A DNA stretch of 64,000 nucleotides from assembly GCA_035638115.1 (NCBI GenBank), contig DASRAN010000075.1, positions 28,252 through 92,251 on the forward strand, read 5' to 3'. Positions within the stretch are counted from its first letter, which is position 1, and each line of letters begins with the position of its first letter. Shown piece by piece: positions 1 to 10,500 of this stretch. The position numbers and the translations under genes were made by a program. The DNA comes from Patescibacteria group bacterium. Its GTDB lineage: Bacteria; Acidobacteriota; Polarisedimenticolia; Gp22-AA2. The notes under the pieces are model-generated. The model did no database searches, was not told the DNA's origin, and saw only the letters and a program-made list of their open reading frames with translations.

Positions 1-1
1 G

Positions 2-76
2 CGCATCCTCATCTGGAGCGCCACCACCGAGAGCCGCGCCCCGCGGCGGCGCGCCGTCGTGGCGCGGGCGGCCTGA
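2..76 (+). CDS. pstC: Phosphate ABC transporter permease PstC, 3' fragment (gene starts left of the window)
   Basis: A frame ending at TGA 74-76 with uniformly G/C third positions, immediately upstream of pstA. Assigned by synteny with pstA/pstB/phoU; the fragment is too short to recognise on its own. Confidence 0.4.
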   Translation, partial: RILIWSATTESRAPRRRAVVARAA

Positions 77-80
77 GGTC

Positions 81-946
81 ATGAGCGGAATCGGGCCGGC
101 TCCCGGCGCTCAATGGAGGCGACGCCTCGTCTCGCGGCTGGTGGTGGGCTTCTGCGCCCTGTCGGTGGGGCTCGCCCTGGCGCCGCTCGGATTCCTGCTC
201 TTCTTCGTCGCCAAGCAGGGCCTGACGGCGGTCAACTTCGACTTCTTCACCCAGATGCCGAAGCCGGTCGGCGAGGCGGGCGGCGGGATGGCGAACGCCA
301 TCCTCGGCACGCTGGTCCTGATCGGCCTGGCCGGCCTCCTGGCGGTGCCGATCGGCGTCATCGCCGGCGTCTACCTGTCGGAGTACCGCGCCACCGCCGT
401 CGCCTCGGTGGTCCGATTCTCGGCCGACGTCTTGAACGGCGTCCCGTCGATCGTCATCGGCATCTTCGCCTACGGCGTCCTCGTCCTGCCGATGGGGCGG
501 TTCAGCGCCCTGGCGGGAGGCGCCGCGCTCGGCGTCATGATGATCCCGATCATCGTCCGCACCACCGAGGAGCTGCTGCGTCTGGTGCCGCCCGCCCTGC
601 GGGACGGCGCGCTGGCGCTCGGAGCAACCCGCGCGCGTGCCGTCCTGACGGTGATCCTGCCGGCCGCGCTGCCGGGGATCATGACCGGCATCCTGGTCGC
701 GCTGGCGCGCGTGGCCGGCGAGACCGCGCCTCTTCTGTTCACGGCCTTCAACAACCGCTACTGGTCGACGCGTCTGGACCAGCCGATCGCGTCGCTCACG
801 GTCCAGGTGTACACTTACGCGATTTCGCCGTACGAGGACTGGCACCGGCAGGCGTGGGCGGGAGCGACCGTCCTCATCGGCGCCATCCTGATCTTCTCCC
901 TCCTGGCGCGCGGGGTGACCCGGCGGCTGGAGAGGATGCATCGCGC

Positions 947-950
<4 letters not shown>
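81..950 (+). CDS. pstA: Phosphate ABC transporter permease PstA
   Basis: 289 aa polytopic membrane protein with the PstA-type ABC permease signature. Followed by pstB through an ATGA overlap. Confidence 0.85.
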
Positions 951-1779
<829 letters not shown>

Positions 1780-1783
<4 letters not shown>

Positions 1784-2472
1784 CGGAGCACACCAGCCGG
1801 CACTACGAGCAGGAGCTGCGCGACCTGAAGGAGAAGATCCTCCTCATCGGCGGCCGCGTCGAGGAGATGATCGCCTCGGCGATGAGCTCGCTCACCGACC
1901 GCGACCCCGACTTGGCGCGCAAGGTGATCGAGTCGGACACGCTGGTCGACGCGGCGGAGCTCGAGGTGGACCACCTGTGTCTCAACCTCCTGGCGCTGCG
2001 CCAGCCGGCCGCCTCCGACCTGCGCTTCATCACCACGGCCCTCAAGATCGTCACCGACCTGGAGCGCATCGGCGACCTGGCGGTGAACACCGCGGAGCGC
2101 TCCATCGAACTAGCGCAAGAGCCGCCCCTCAAGCCATACATCAACATCCCACGCATGAGCAAGGCGGTGTCGACGATGGTGGGCGAGGCGCTCGACGCCT
2201 TCGTCGGCAGGGACCCGGACAAGGCGCGCAAGGTTCTGGCCTCGGACGACGCCGTCGACCAGCTCAACGTGCAGCTGTTCCGCGAGCTTTTGACCTACAT
2301 GATCGAGGAGCCGAAGAACGTCAGCCGGGCGCTGCGGATCACCTTCATCGCCAAGTACCTGGAGCGCATCGGCGATCACGCCACCAACATCGCGCAGATG
2401 GTGATCTTCATGTGCGAGGGGCGTGACGTCCGTCACCCGCGGCTGCGCGGCTCGCGCGCCGGGATTTCCTGA
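1780..2472 (+). CDS. phoU: Phosphate signalling complex protein PhoU
   Basis: The 230-aa protein has two PhoU repeats. The ATG at 1780 overlaps the pstB stop by 4 bp. Confidence 0.9.
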
Positions 2473-4173
2473 TCAGGCCTCGGCAGGCAGGGTGATCTGG
2501 AACGTGGTTCCGGCGCCCGGTGCGCTGTGCGCCTCGATCGTCCCCCCCATCGCCTGGGTCAGGTGCTTGGCGATCGCGAGGCCGAGACCGGTCCCCCCCT
2601 CCTTCCGGTCCCGCGATCGATCGACGCGGTAGAAGCGCTCGAAGATCCGCCCCAGCTCACCCGGCGGGATGCCGATGCCGGTGTCGCTCACCGACAGCAC
2701 GACGCGGCCGTCCCGGGCGGCGGCGCTGATCACGATGCGGCCGCCGTCGGGCGTGAACTTGATGGCGTTGTCGACCAGGTTGATGAGCACCTGGGCCAGC
2801 CGGTCGCGGTCGGCCCGGACGGCCGGGAGCCCGGCCGGGATCTCGGCCCGCAGCGTCTGGGATCGCCGCAGGGCGCCGGGGCGCAGGGTCGCCTCGGCCT
2901 GGGCCACCACCTCGGCGAGCGTCACCCGTCCGATCCGCAGACGCGCCTCTCCCTGCTCGACCGACGCCAGGTCGAGGAGATCCTCGATCAGGTCGCGCAG
3001 GCGATCGGCATGCCGCGCGATCACTTCGACGAACTCCACCGCGCGCGGTCTCTCGTCCAGTCCGCCCGCCAGGAGCGTCTCCGCGTAGCCCTTGATGGCC
3101 GTCAGCGGCGTGCGCAGCTCGTGCGACACGTTGGCGACGAACTCGCTGCGGACGCGCTCCAGCCGTTTGATCTCGGTGATGTCGTGCAGCACCACGACCG
3201 CCCCGATCGAACGCTCCCCCTCGCGCACCGCCGCCAGGCTCGCGCTGATGACCCGCTCCGGCGGCCCGGCGAGGGCGATCTCGTGGGTCAGGGGCGTGGT
3301 GGCGCCCAGCGCCCGATCGACCGCCTCCTGCAGCGCCGGGACGCGCGCCGCCTCGAGCGGCTGGCGACCGGTGAGCGTCCCGCCGGCGCCGAACATGCGC
3401 GCGAAGGCGGCGTTCGCGGCGGCGATGCGGCCGTCGGCGTCGAGCAGGAGCACCCCTTCCACCATGCCGTCCAGGATGGTCCGCAGCTCGGTGCGCTCGC
3501 GCTCGAGCAGTGCCAGGCGCTCTTCCATCTGCCCCGCCATCCGGTTCAGGGAGCGGGCGAGGTCGGCGACCTCGTCGTCGCCGCCCGGGTACGAGCGCGC
3601 CCCCATCCCGCCCGCGGCGATGGCGGAGGCGGTGCGGCTCATCTCCTGGAGCCGCCGCGTCGGCTGCCGCGCCAGGAGCCACCCGGCGGCCGCCGCCACC
3701 AGGATCGACAGGAGCGCCGTGCCGGCGATCAGCGGGCGCTCGCGCTCGCGGGCGCGCGCCACCGCGGTCAGCGGCGTCGCCAGACGGACCACGCCGCGCG
3801 CCGGGGCCTGCGGATCGATCGGGACCGCGACGTAGAGCATCTCGATCCCGAGCGTGGCGCTGGAGCGCACCGACTGCCCGGTTTCGCCCGCGAGCGCCGC
3901 CGCGACCTCGGGCCGCGTGGCGTGATTCTCCATGGCCAGCCGCTCCTCCTCGGTGCGCTCGCTGTCACCCAGCACGGTGCCGTCGGCGGCGATGACGGTG
4001 ACGCGCACCTGGAGGTCGCGCCCCAGCCGGGTGGCCAGGCGCTGCGCGGACCCGCCCAGATCAGGCTCGGTGGACAGCAGATCGGTGGCCATGCGGGTCT
4101 CGACCAGGAGCTGGGCGGCGGTGCGCGCGATCACCTCGCGCCGGAGCGCGCCGTTGAGGACCACTCCTCCCAC
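2473..4173 (-). CDS. phoR: Phosphate regulon sensor histidine kinase PhoR (true start probably upstream, near 4230)
   Basis: PAS domain, HisKA motif SHELRTPL and HATPase G-boxes DTGIGI/GGTGLGL. The listed GTG start at 4173 excludes a hydrophobic segment (LTLSFAVVALVAALVGGVVL) that is in frame between 4174 and 4242. Confidence 0.85.
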   Translation of the reverse strand: MGGVVLNGALRREVIARTAAQLLVETRMATDLLSTEPDLGGSAQRLATRLGRDLQVRVTVIAADGTVLGDSERTEEERLAMENHATRPEVAAALAGETGQSVRSSATLGIEMLYVAVPIDPQAPARGVVRLATPLTAVARARERERPLIAGTALLSILVAAAAGWLLARQPTRRLQEMSRTASAIAAGGMGARSYPGGDDEVADLARSLNRMAGQMEERLALLERERTELRTILDGMVEGVLLLDADGRIAAANAAFARMFGAGGTLTGRQPLEAARVPALQEAVDRALGATTPLTHEIALAGPPERVISASLAAVREGERSIGAVVVLHDITEIKRLERVRSEFVANVSHELRTPLTAIKGYAETLLAGGLDERPRAVEFVEVIARHADRLRDLIEDLLDLASVEQGEARLRIGRVTLAEVVAQAEATLRPGALRRSQTLRAEIPAGLPAVRADRDRLAQVLINLVDNAIKFTPDGGRIVISAAARDGRVVLSVSDTGIGIPPGELGRIFERFYRVDRSRDRKEGGTGLGLAIAKHLTQAMGGTIEAHSAPGAGTTFQITLPAEA

Positions 4174-4242
4174 CAGCGCCGCGACGAGCGCGACGACGGC
4201 GAAGGACAGGGTGAGTCGCGGGCGCAGGCGCAGGGCGGTCCC

Positions 4243-4941
4243 TCACTCGGAGGCTTCGAACCCCTCCGGGCGGAAACGATATCCCAGGCCGCGGACCGTC
4301 TCAATCCACGAGCCCACGACGCCGAGTTTCGCCCGAAGCCGCTTCATGTGGGTGTCGACGGTGCGCGTCTCCAAATCGCCGCTGTACCCCCACACGTCGC
4401 TCAGGAGCTGGTCGCGTCCGAAGGCGCGGCCGGGGCGGCGCGCCAGCCGATGCAGCAGCTTGAACTCGGTGGAGGTGAGCCCGACCTCGTGACCACGCAC
4501 GGTCACGGTGTGGGCCGCCAAGTCGATGACCAACGGCTCGAAGACGATCCGCTCCACGGCGTCCTCGCGCCCGTCGCGGCGCAGGATCGCGTGCACCCGC
4601 AGGACCAGCTCGCGCGGCGAGAACGGCTTGACCACGTAGTCGTCGGCCCCGACCTCGAACCCGACGATCCGGTCGGTCTCCGACCCGCGCGCAGTGAGCA
4701 TGACGATCGGGATGGCGCGTGTCTTCTCGTCCTGGCGCAGGATGCGGGCCACTTCGACCCCCGACATCACCGGCAGCATCAGGTCGAGCACCACGAGGTC
4801 GGGCCGGTCGCGGCGCGCCAGGTCGAGCGCCTGCTGGCCGTCGCCGGCGGTCACCACCCGGTACCCCGCCTGCGAGAGGTTGTACCGGATCAGCTCGACG
4901 ATATCCTTCTCGTCGTCGACGACGAGGACGGTCTGCGCCAT
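4243..4941 (-). CDS. phoB: Phosphate regulon response regulator PhoB (OmpR family)
   Basis: REC domain (DDE, LDLMLP, K) plus an OmpR-type winged-helix C-terminus. Convergent with the pst operon and adjacent to phoR. Confidence 0.9.
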   Translation of the reverse strand: MAQTVLVVDDEKDIVELIRYNLSQAGYRVVTAGDGQQALDLARRDRPDLVVLDLMLPVMSGVEVARILRQDEKTRAIPIVMLTARGSETDRIVGFEVGADDYVVKPFSPRELVLRVHAILRRDGREDAVERIVFEPLVIDLAAHTVTVRGHEVGLTSTEFKLLHRLARRPGRAFGRDQLLSDVWGYSGDLETRTVDTHMKRLRAKLGVVGSWIETVRGLGYRFRPEGFEASE

Positions 4942-4959
4942 GGATGAGCCTCTCCGGGA

Positions 4960-5075
4960 TTCGAATTATAGGGCCGGGGGGGAGCCTTCCGTGACGGTCC
5001 CGTCACGGTCGCGTGACAATCGCCCCTGTGGACCGGGATTCGCGGCGTCACGGCGGCGCCGACTCTCTGTATAAT
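4960..5075. promoter_or_regulatory. Divergent promoter region with Pho-box-like repeats
   Basis: Minus strand: TATAAT (4970..4965) 24 bp upstream of the phoB ATG, and RBS GGAGAGG. Plus strand: TATAAT 5070..5075 25 bp upstream of the 5101 ATG, and RBS AGGAGGAG. Between the two -10 boxes lie TGACGGT (4992), TCACGGT (5003), TGACAAT (5014) and TCACGGC (5047), all on an 11-bp register. Read on the minus strand these are ATTGTCA / ACCGTGA / ACCGTCA, which resembles the CTGTCA half-site. Confidence 0.55.
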
Positions 5076-5100
5076 CGGGCCCCCGCTCAGGAGGAGAGCC

Positions 5101-5409
5101 ATGCCCGAGAAGAGCTCGAGGACCAGGAAACGCACGCCGGCCCCGCGACCGGATCCGCCCGCGGCCAGGCCCGCCGCCCCCACGACGCCCGTCCACGCGG
5201 CGCCCGTGTCCAAGGCGCCCGTCGTCGCCGCGGCGGCCGCGGCCGTCACATCGACCGTCGCGAAGACCGCCATCTCCCCCGAGCAGCGGCGCCGCATGGT
5301 CGCCGAGGCGGCGTACTACAGGGCGCAACGCCGCGGCTTCCGGGGCGATCCGGTCAGGGACTGGACCGAGGCCGAGGCCGAAATCGACGCCATTCTCCTG
5401 AACCGCTGA
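5101..5409 (+). CDS. DUF2934 domain small protein with an Ala/Pro-rich N-terminal half
   Basis: 102 aa. The C-terminal motif AEAAYYRAQRRGFRGDPVRDWTEAEAEID matches the DUF2934 signature (Y..A..RG...G...DW..AE). The gene has its own TATAAT -10 and a strong RBS. Confidence 0.55.
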   Translation: MPEKSSRTRKRTPAPRPDPPAARPAAPTTPVHAAPVSKAPVVAAAAAAVTSTVAKTAISPEQRRRMVAEAAYYRAQRRGFRGDPVRDWTEAEAEIDAILLNR

Positions 5410-5416
5410 CGGACGG

Positions 5417-7546
5417 GTGGTGAGCGCCCTCCCCGAGCCGCTGGCTCGCCTCCCGGAGCTGGCCCGGAACCTCTGGTGGAGCTGGCATCCGGAGGCGCGC
5501 GCGCTGTTCGACACCATCGCCCGCGCCGGCGCGCAGCCGCACGCGGACAATCCGCTGCGCCTGCTCGCGACCCTCGATCCCCCGATCGTCCGGGCGCTCG
5601 CGGCCGACGGCGCCTTTCGCGAGTCGTGCGCCCGCGTCCTCGCGGCGTTCGACCAGGCCCTCGCGGGCCGCGGCGCCTGGTTCCCGGCGCACGCACCGCC
5701 GAACGCCGACCTGCCGATCGCCTACTTCTCCGCCGAGTTCGGCGTGCACCAGGCGCTTCCGGTCTACTCGGGCGGGCTCGGGATCCTGGCGGGCGACATC
5801 GCCAAGGAGGCGAGCGACCTCGGACTGCCGCTGATCGGTGTCGGTTTCATGTACCCGCAGGGCTACTTCAAGCAGCGCATCGGCCCGGACGGACGTCAGG
5901 AGGAATCGTACGAGCGTCTGGAGCGCGAGGTCGCTCCGGCCGAGACCGTGCGCGACGCGGAAGGCCGGCCGCTGCGCCTCTCGCTGCCGCTCCCCGATCG
6001 CCTCCTGCACGTCCAGGTCTCGGCGGTGCGCGTCGGCCGCGTCCTGCTCTACCTGATGGATACCGATCTCGAGTCGAACCCGCCGTGGGAGCGCGAGCTG
6101 ACGGCGCGTCTGTACGGCGGCGACCAGGAGACCCGGCTCCTGCAGGAGATCCTGCTCGGCATCGGCGGCGTGCGGATCCTGCGCGCGCTCGGCCTGCGTC
6201 CGGGGATCTGGCACGCCAACGAGGGCCACGCGGCCCTGATGATGGTCGAGCGCGTGCGCGAGCAGGTCGAGGCGGGGGCGACCTTCGACCAGGCGGTCGA
6301 GCAGGTGCGGCGCCAAAGCGTGTTCACCACCCACACGCCGGTCCCCGCCGGCCACGACGCCTTCCCGTTCTTCCTGATGGAGAAATACCTGGCCACCTAC
6401 TGGCCGACGCTCGGCCTCGATCGCGACCGCTTCCTGGCGCTCGGGGCGCACGAGCAGACCTCCGGCAGCGCGTTCAACATGAGCGCCCTCGCCTTCCGGC
6501 TGAGCGGACGGCACAGCGCCGTGTCGGTGCGTCACGCCGAGGTGTCGCGGCGGATGTGGGCGCCGCTCTGGCCCGGCACGCCCGTCGAGCGGGCGCCGAT
6601 CACCGCGGTCACCAATGGCGTGCACGTGGCGTCCTGGGTGGCGCCGGAGATCGACGCCTTGTTCCGCGCCCACGTCGCCGCCGACTGGCTGGAGCACCAC
6701 GACGAGGACGCGCTCTGGGAGCGGGTCGACCGGATCCCCGATCGCGAGCTCTGGGACACGCACGGCCGGCTCAAGCTCCGGCTGCATCGCTTCCTGCGGG
6801 AACGCGCCCGCCGGCGCTTCACCGACGGCCGGTCGGCGGCGCCCCGGGTGGTCTCCTCGGGCGCGCTGTTCGACGCCGACGCCCTGACCCTCGGATTCGC
6901 GCGTCGTTTCGCGACCTACAAGCGGGCCACGCTCCTGTTCCGGCATCCGGCGCGGCTCGCGGCGCTCCTGAACGACCCGCGCCGGCCGATCCAGATCGTC
7001 TTCGCCGGCAAGGCTCATCCGGCCGACCAGCCGGGCCGGCGGATGCTGGAGACCGTCCACCGCGCCGCGACCGACCCGGCCTACGGCGGCCGCGTGGCGT
7101 TCGTCGAGGACTACGGCATCCACTCCGCCCAGCACCTCGTCCAGGGCGTCGACGTCTGGCTCAACACGCCGCGGCCGCCGCTCGAGGCGAGCGGCACCAG
7201 CGGGCAGAAGGCGGCGCTCAACGGCGTGCCGAACCTCAGCATCCTGGACGGCTGGTGGGTGGAGGGGCACGACGGGACCAACGGCTGGGCGATCGCGCCC
7301 CGGGACGCCGCGGGGGACGGGGAGGAGCGCGACGAGGCCGACGCGCAGGAGCTCTACCGCCTGCTGGAGTCGGAGGTGGCGCCGGCTTTCTACGACCGCG
7401 ACGCGGACGGCCTGCCGCAGCGCTGGCTCCGGCTCATGCGGCGCGCCATCAGGACCACGGCGGCGCGCTTCTCCGCCCGCCGCATGGTCAAGGAGTACAT
7501 CGACAGGCTGTATCGTCCCTGCTGGGACGAGTCGCCGCGCGGCTGA
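5417..7546 (+). CDS. glgP: Alpha-glucan phosphorylase (GT35, GlgP / maltodextrin phosphorylase family with DUF3417-type N-terminus)
   Basis: 709 aa. The N-terminal LWWSWHPEARALF motif and the length fit the bacterial alpha-glucan family phosphorylases. GTG start at 5417. Confidence 0.8.
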   Translation: MVSALPEPLARLPELARNLWWSWHPEARALFDTIARAGAQPHADNPLRLLATLDPPIVRALAADGAFRESCARVLAAFDQALAGRGAWFPAHAPPNADLPIAYFSAEFGVHQALPVYSGGLGILAGDIAKEASDLGLPLIGVGFMYPQGYFKQRIGPDGRQEESYERLEREVAPAETVRDAEGRPLRLSLPLPDRLLHVQVSAVRVGRVLLYLMDTDLESNPPWERELTARLYGGDQETRLLQEILLGIGGVRILRALGLRPGIWHANEGHAALMMVERVREQVEAGATFDQAVEQVRRQSVFTTHTPVPAGHDAFPFFLMEKYLATYWPTLGLDRDRFLALGAHEQTSGSAFNMSALAFRLSGRHSAVSVRHAEVSRRMWAPLWPGTPVERAPITAVTNGVHVASWVAPEIDALFRAHVAADWLEHHDEDALWERVDRIPDRELWDTHGRLKLRLHRFLRERARRRFTDGRSAAPRVVSSGALFDADALTLGFARRFATYKRATLLFRHPARLAALLNDPRRPIQIVFAGKAHPADQPGRRMLETVHRAATDPAYGGRVAFVEDYGIHSAQHLVQGVDVWLNTPRPPLEASGTSGQKAALNGVPNLSILDGWWVEGHDGTNGWAIAPRDAAGDGEERDEADAQELYRLLESEVAPAFYDRDADGLPQRWLRLMRRAIRTTAARFSARRMVKEYIDRLYRPCWDESPRG

Positions 7547-7579
7547 GCGGCGGCGGACTCCCGGCTCGGAAGCCGCCGG

Positions 7580-10500
7580 CTAGGGGCAGGCGCTCGGCGA
7601 CGTGGCGATCGAGGGACCGCGCGGCGCCGCCTGGGCCGCGTCCCCGTCGTCCCAGGTGCCGCCGCCGCAGTTGACGGCGCGCAGGACGTAGAAGAAAGCA
7701 CCGTCGAGCGGCGGCATGTCGGCGTCATCCTTCGAGAGCGACGTGGTGTCGTTCGCGAGGCAGGCGTTGACGGCCTGGCCGAAGTTCCCCTGGCTTGCGA
7801 CCAGCGTCGCGGCGTCGCCACGCAGGAGGTCGTACCCCGAGGCGCCGGTGACGGCGCTCCACGCCAGGTGGACGGCGCCATTGGCTCCCTTCGTGACCCG
7901 CAGCGTGGCGGTCAGGGCGAGAGGCGCGGCGTTGTCGATGGCGCCGTCACAGTTGTCGTCGATGCCGTTGCACACCTCCGTCTGCGGCGCGCCGGGAGCG
8001 CAGGAGTCGTGCACCGCGCCGCCGGCGCACGACGTGGCTCCGGTCCGCGCGCAGGCCCCCACGCCGCAGGCCGTGGCGACCGGGACGTAGTCCTCGTCGG
8101 TCGACCCGTCGCAGTCGTTGTCGATCCCGTCGCAGATCTCCGCCGAGGGAGCGCCGGGAGCGCAGGAGTCCTGCACCGCGCCCGCCACGCACGACGTCGC
8201 CCCGGTCCGCGCGCAGGCCCCCACGCCGCAGGTCGTGGCGACCGGAGCGTATCCCTCGTCGGTCGCGCCGTTGCAGTTGTTGTCGATCCCGTCGCAGTTG
8301 GCGTCGCTCGCCCCGGGGTGCACCGCGGGGTCGAAGTCATTGCAGTCCTGCGGCGCGAAGTAGCCGTCGCCGTCCCGGTCGGCCCGCAGGACCTCGATCG
8401 CCTTGACGGCGGGGTTCTCCAGCTCGTGCTCGAACTCGATGTCCAGGTGCCCGTCGGTGACGCTGGCCACGGCCGAGCGCACCACGGCGACGGCGCTGCC
8501 GCCGGCCGCCGCCACCTGGTCGAAGTCGCTGTAGACCACCTGGTTCTCGACGCTGATGTCGAACAGCCGCGACCCGGCCGACGTGGTGCCGCTATAGACG
8601 TTGGCGAAGAACAGGTTCACCAGGTACTGGCCGTTGGGAACGGTGAACGAGTATCCGAGCTCCTGTCCGGCCGGAAGGTCCCAGTGCTCGCACTGGAACA
8701 GATCCTCGGTCGCCTCGTCGACGCAGCCGAAGAGCGACGAAATCCCCGAGATGACGCACGCGTTCCCGCCGCCGTTGAGGTCGCAGGCGAAGGCGCTCGC
8801 GGACTGGTTGTAGCCGAAATCGGCGTGCCAGGCCTGGCCCGCGCAATCGACCCTCGCCCCGCCGCACTCGGCGTTGGTCACCCCGGCGTTGAGGCGGATG
8901 GTCTGGCCGGTGGTGCTGTCGGTCGCCACCGGGCCGAAGCAGCGGTTGCGCGGATCGACGGGACAGGGATCGTCGGCTCCCACCAGACCGTCGTTGTCGA
9001 GATCGGCGTCGACGAACTCGCACTGCCCTGACGCCGGGCTGCACGTCAGGCCGGGGGCGCAGGCCGCCGTACCATGACAGACCCCGCCGGCGCAGACGTC
9101 GCCGGTGGTGCAGGCGAGGCCGTCGCTGCACGAATTGGTGTTGTTGAGATGCAGGCAGGCGCTGGCGAAGCAGACGTCGTCGGTGCAGGGGTTGGCGTCG
9201 TCGCAACCGGCGTCGTTGACGCACTCGACCGCCGTTCCCGCGCGCACCTTGACGAAGTCCCAGGTGGCCGGGAAGGGATCGCCCGGGCCGGTCGAGGTCG
9301 AGATGATGCCCACCGCCAGCGCCGCGGAGCCGGAGACCCAGCCCGGCGGGATCGGCTCGGGCGCGCCGAGATTCTGCACCGGTCCCGGCACCTGTCCGCT
9401 GGTCACGAGGAAGGCCGGCTGGACGGTGGAGGCGGCGGGGTCGATGGTCAGGAAGAGATCGACCGCGTCGGGGCCGGGCATCGACACCGGCGCCTGAGGG
9501 CGGCTGACGAACGTGCCGCCGAACTCGCGGGCGAACTGGATCCCGCCGTTGCCGCCGTTGGCCGAGACCATCAGCTTCACGTAGTTGTCCTGATCACCCG
9601 TGCCGACGAACAGACCCATCGACTGGAAATCGACCGGGACCAGACCCGCGAACGGCGCCAGGATCCGGGTGTGGGCCGTGAAGGTGCCTGTCGCCTGGGT
9701 CACGTGGACGCCGAACTGGAAGCCGTACTGCTGCGTATTGGTCGACGAGAAGGCGTCGCCGGCGGGCACCTGATCGATGGTGCAGACACCGGCCGCGCCG
9801 CCGGCGGTCATGAGGGCAGCGTCGAACAGCGACTCGTAGTTGGACGTGCCGTTGGTCATCAGACCGGTGAAGCCGAGGTTCAGGAGCCCTCCCGGACGCG
9901 GGGCGTCGTTGTCCCAGGTCAGGATCACCGGCAGGCTGGTGGTCATGCCGTTCGCCGGATCGATGGCGAACGGGTCGCTGGTGTCGGGCATCCCGTCGTT
10001 GTCGTCGTCCGGGTCGTTCAGGTTGGAGATGAAGTCGCCGTCCCAGTCGGGCGGCACGTCGGCCGCCGAGCAGGGGTCGGTGCCGTTGTCGATCTCGTCG
10101 CCGTTGGAATAGTGATCGCCGTCCTCGTCGATGGCGTAGTCGTGCGCCCCGGTGCACTGGACGAAGTCGGCCGGCTCGAACACGACGATGTCGCTGTCGG
10201 CGTAGTCGGCCACCCAGATGGTGCCGCCGAACGGGCCCGCGTCACCCTGCGCCCAGACGTCGAGCGGCGTGCTGCCGACGTTCGAGAACAACGGCTGCAC
10301 CAGGGTCGCCACCGTGCCGGCGCCGTTGAGCTGGATGCGGTACACCGTGTTGTCGAACGAGGCGGTCAGGAGATCACCCGACATGGCCCCACCGAAATTC
10401 GAAGCCGTGTACTCGGCGATCCCGTTGGTCGAGAAGCCGAAGGTGGCGAGCGCCCCGTCGCCGGCGCCCGGGAGCAGGTAATCGCACTCTCGCGGGTCGC

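Noticed and set aside
9-941. 310-aa minus-strand ORF antisense to pstA. It is one of a whole class of listed long ORFs: 5354..7270-, 5476..7674+, 9074..11869+, 11614..13377-, 35946..38204+, 36310..38895-, 42105..44519-, 43307..44497+, 45636..47828-, 46499..47836+, 48491..50506+, 50954..53728-, 52363..53913+, 55010..56794+, 57731..59104+, 60231..62288-, 62117..63967+.
   Set aside because: These are GC-rich shadow ORFs. Their translations are Arg/Gly/Ala/Pro-dominated low-complexity sequence, and they lie antisense or out of frame to genes with clear family signatures.
113-946. N-terminal extension of the listed 556-aa ORF 113..1783.
   Set aside because: It is a shadow frame over pstA. PstB begins at the in-frame ATG at 947, coupled to the pstA stop.
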